From Actinomycetota bacterium (GTDB taxonomy: Bacteria; Actinomycetota; Thermoleophilia; Solirubrobacterales; JACPNS01), in contig JACRKX010000008.1 in the NCBI GenBank assembly GCA_016219715.1, forward strand, positions 1 to 56,316: a stretch of 56,316 bases of DNA. The letters are read 5' to 3'. The notes below the pieces were generated by a model. It was not told where the DNA came from. It ran no database searches and saw only the letters and a program-made list of their open reading frames with translations. Shown in pieces: positions 53,877-56,316 of this stretch; the first letter of the stretch is position 1, and each line of letters starts with the position of its first letter. Made by a program: the position numbers and the translations under genes.

Positions 53877-54524
53877 CTAGCCGGGCACCACGTAGAAGGC
53901 GACGACCGAGTACTGGAGGGCGATCGCCACGACGACGAGCGCGTGGAAGACCTCGTGGTAGCCGAAGACCTGCGGCACGGGGTTCGGTTTCTGGGCCGCG
54001 TAGATGATCGCGCCAACCGTGTAGGCCACGCCGCCTGCGGCCAGCAACGCCGTACCGACGGCGCCGATATCACGGGCGATCTGCGGCATGGCGATGATGC
54101 TCACCCAGCCAAGACCGATGCAGATGACCGCCATGATCCACTTCGACGCCTCGGCGAGCGCTAGCTCCATGACACTGCCCGCTACCGCGCAGGCCCACAC
54201 GGCGACAAGCAGCACCGTCGAGAAGGTGCCGTCGAGCACCAGCAGCGCGAACGGGGTGTAGGTACCAGCGATCAGCATGAAGATCATCGAGTGGTCGAGC
54301 CGGCGCAGTTTCATGCGCACCGATTGCGTCCAGTCGCCACGGTGGTACAGCGCGGACACGCCGAGTAGCGCCGATACGCTGACGGCGAAGACTGCGGCAG
54401 CCACCACCGAGCGAACGGTCGAAGCCGCCGTGATCAGCAGCACACCAGCGACAAGCGATGCGTAGAAGGCGCGCTGATGCAGAACACCACGCAGCCGAGG
54501 TTTGAGCGAGGGTTGCACGTCCAT
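53877..54524 (-). CDS. Hemolysin III / PAQR family membrane protein (TrhA-like)
   Basis: KPRLRG..H; SALYH; RLDHSMIF..IAGTYTP; FGYHEVFH. Confidence 0.92.
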   Translation of the reverse strand: MDVQPSLKPRLRGVLHQRAFYASLVAGVLLITAASTVRSVVAAAVFAVSVSALLGVSALYHRGDWTQSVRMKLRRLDHSMIFMLIAGTYTPFALLVLDGTFSTVLLVAVWACAVAGSVMELALAEASKWIMAVICIGLGWVSIIAMPQIARDIGAVGTALLAAGGVAYTVGAIIYAAQKPNPVPQVFGYHEVFHALVVVAIALQYSVVAFYVVPG

Positions 54525-54565
54525 CTTCTCTTTCCGAGTTTCGAAGTTAGGGTACCCTAAATACC

Positions 54566-55438
54566 GTGATCGAGCCGAAAGGTTTCGCGATGGTGCCGGC
54601 CGTAATCGCCAGGGAGGCGATTGCTCGCGGCGGTCGCACTCGCATCCCCGAACCAATGGAGATGGACGAGCCGAGCTCCGTGGTGCAGTTCGAGGCGGCC
54701 GGTCGCCAGGGCGGACCGCTCTTGCCAGTTTACGAACTCGTCGCGCGCTCTGCGAGCCGCCTCGCTCCATCTGACGCGCACGTCGTCGACCTGGGCTGCG
54801 GACCGGCACGACACCTCAGCTATTTCGCCCTCCGCCGGCCGGATGTGACGGTCACGGGCCTCGATCTGGCGCCGAACATGTTGAAGCTCGGCCGGCGCAC
54901 GATCAAACAGGAGGGTGTGGCCGATCGCGTGAAGCTCGTCAAGGGCGACATGACGTCTTTCGCCGACGATTTCGCAGGCGAGAACGTCGATTTGATCACG
55001 AGCGTGTTCTCCCTACACCACCTGCCCACACTCGACGATCTCGTCGCGTGCCTGAAGGAGATCGCAAAGGTCCGCGCCCGCACCGGCTGCGGCGTGCTGC
55101 TGTTCGACATCTGCCGCCTGCGTCACCCGGCCTCGTGGCGGCGCTTCATGGCCGGCGCGGCGGCCGGCTTACTGGCCACGCCCGATCTCGAACGCGACAC
55201 GATCGCCAGCGAGGCCGCCGCCTGGAGCTACGACGAGCTCGAGCACATGCTCTCCGACTCCGGCCTCGCCGATCTCAAACATCGCCGCTCATTCCCGTTC
55301 GCCGGTTTTCAGATGCACTGGTCACCGCCCCGCCCCGCGGGCTGGAAGAACGGCGACGCCGAGTGGCAGGAGCTGCCGATGCCGCTGGGGCTGCGGGCGG
55401 ATGTTGTGCCGTTGAAGTTGATGTTCGGCCAGGTTTGA
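54566..55438 (+). CDS. Class I SAM-dependent methyltransferase
   Basis: R.PEP..M; VDLGCGPA; GLDLAPNM; KGDMT; SLHHLP. Confidence 0.88.
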   Translation: MIEPKGFAMVPAVIAREAIARGGRTRIPEPMEMDEPSSVVQFEAAGRQGGPLLPVYELVARSASRLAPSDAHVVDLGCGPARHLSYFALRRPDVTVTGLDLAPNMLKLGRRTIKQEGVADRVKLVKGDMTSFADDFAGENVDLITSVFSLHHLPTLDDLVACLKEIAKVRARTGCGVLLFDICRLRHPASWRRFMAGAAAGLLATPDLERDTIASEAAAWSYDELEHMLSDSGLADLKHRRSFPFAGFQMHWSPPRPAGWKNGDAEWQELPMPLGLRADVVPLKLMFGQV

Positions 55439-55454
55439 CGGCCGCCGGCCGCGC

Positions 55455-56316
55455 CTACGGCTTGAACCACATATCCATGTAGAACTTCAGGAAGTCGCTG
55501 ACCACGCCGCGCTCGGGCAGTGTGGCGGCCATGCCGTAGAGCGGCGCCATGCCGCCCTCCTTCGACGGCTCCGCGCGCACCTCGTCGACGGCTTCGCGCA
55601 GGTCAGACAGGAACTGCGCGGCCACGCCCGGTTGCGTGTGGCGCAGCGTCGTGCAGATGTGTACCGCCGGCGGGTGGTGCAGTCCGTTGAGGCTCCAGCG
55701 CCGCTCGCTCATCGCGTCAAGCACGCGGAAGATGTCGATCTCGTCGTCCACGCTCTGGAAGGCGACGCAGAACAGCGGGTCGCCGAAGACTTCCAGTTCA
55801 GGGAACTCGCGCAGCCCGGCCTTGATCTCGGCCGCGGTTTCGAGTATCGCCTTCGTGGCGCGCATGTAGCCCTCTTCGCCGACCGAGACGAGCGCCGCCC
55901 AGCAGGCCGCGCTCAAAGCGCCCGGCCGGCTGCCGGCGAACGTCGGCGAGGCGTAGATGCCGCCCGGCCACTCGGTCGCCGTGAAGTACTGGTTGTGGCG
56001 CAGCTCGTTGTCGCGGTAGAGCACGACCGAGGTGCCCTTGGCGGCGTAGCCGTACTTGTGCGTGTCGCAAGACATCGAAGTCACGCCCGGCAGGCGGAAA
56101 TCAAACGGCGGCACGTCGTAACCGAGCTTCGTCGCCCACGGCAGCACGAAGCCGCCGAGGCAGCCGTCGGTGTGGAAGCCGATGCCGCGCTTCAGCGCTA
56201 TCGAGCTCAGCTCCTCGATCGGGTCGATCAGACCGTGCGGAAAGCCCGGCGCCGAACCGACCAGCGCGATCGTGTTGTCGTCGATCGCGGCCTCCATCGC
56301 GGCCACGTCGCCGCGA
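55455..56316 (-). CDS. PLP-dependent sphingosine-1-phosphate lyase-like protein (5' end outside the window)
   Basis: GSAP.FPHG.IDPI; HTDGCLGGF; [20 protein letters not shown]; W.GG.YASPT.AGSRPG. Confidence 0.88.
   Translation of the reverse strand, partial: RGDVAAMEAAIDDNTIALVGSAPGFPHGLIDPIEELSSIALKRGIGFHTDGCLGGFVLPWATKLGYDVPPFDFRLPGVTSMSCDTHKYGYAAKGTSVVLYRDNELRHNQYFTATEWPGGIYASPTFAGSRPGALSAACWAALVSVGEEGYMRATKAILETAAEIKAGLREFPELEVFGDPLFCVAFQSVDDEIDIFRVLDAMSERRWSLNGLHHPPAVHICTTLRHTQPGVAAQFLSDLREAVDEVRAEPSKEGGMAPLYGMAATLPERGVVSDFLKFYMDMWFKP

Overview
High-GC actinobacterial chromosome window; the lineage is inferred to be Thermoleophilia/Solirubrobacterales-like from gene content and many apparently leaderless genes. 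From left to right: (1) core genes (DUF480, a cupredoxin-like lipoprotein, USP, an S8 protease, tadA) up to tRNA-Ser(CGA). (2) An integrase-less accessory island (~4.0-18.4 kb). It holds a compact five-gene defence cassette (vsr, MerR-like HTH, one C5-cytosine methyltransferase, and a convergent McrB/McrC pair with atypical GTPase motifs and an unrecognised N-terminal domain) and six secreted/surface protein genes. (3) A VOC gene, a DEDDh exonuclease and a sterol desaturase with an abnormal convergent overlap, then tRNA-Ser(GGA). (4) A lipid-metabolism region: two P450s (one broken), an FMO, a tandem-GGDEF cyclase and the fadE24-fadE23-fadA2-fabG4-htdX operon. (5) narK-narK-narGHJI with molybdopterin genes, including a MoaD-MoaE fusion. 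(6) An ADC-family plus heteromeric acyl-CoA dehydrogenase operon, HlyIII, a methyltransferase and a partial S1P-lyase-like gene. The best candidate for an undescribed system is the vsr/HTH/MTase/McrBC cassette. All family calls come from motif recognition by eye; no searches were run.
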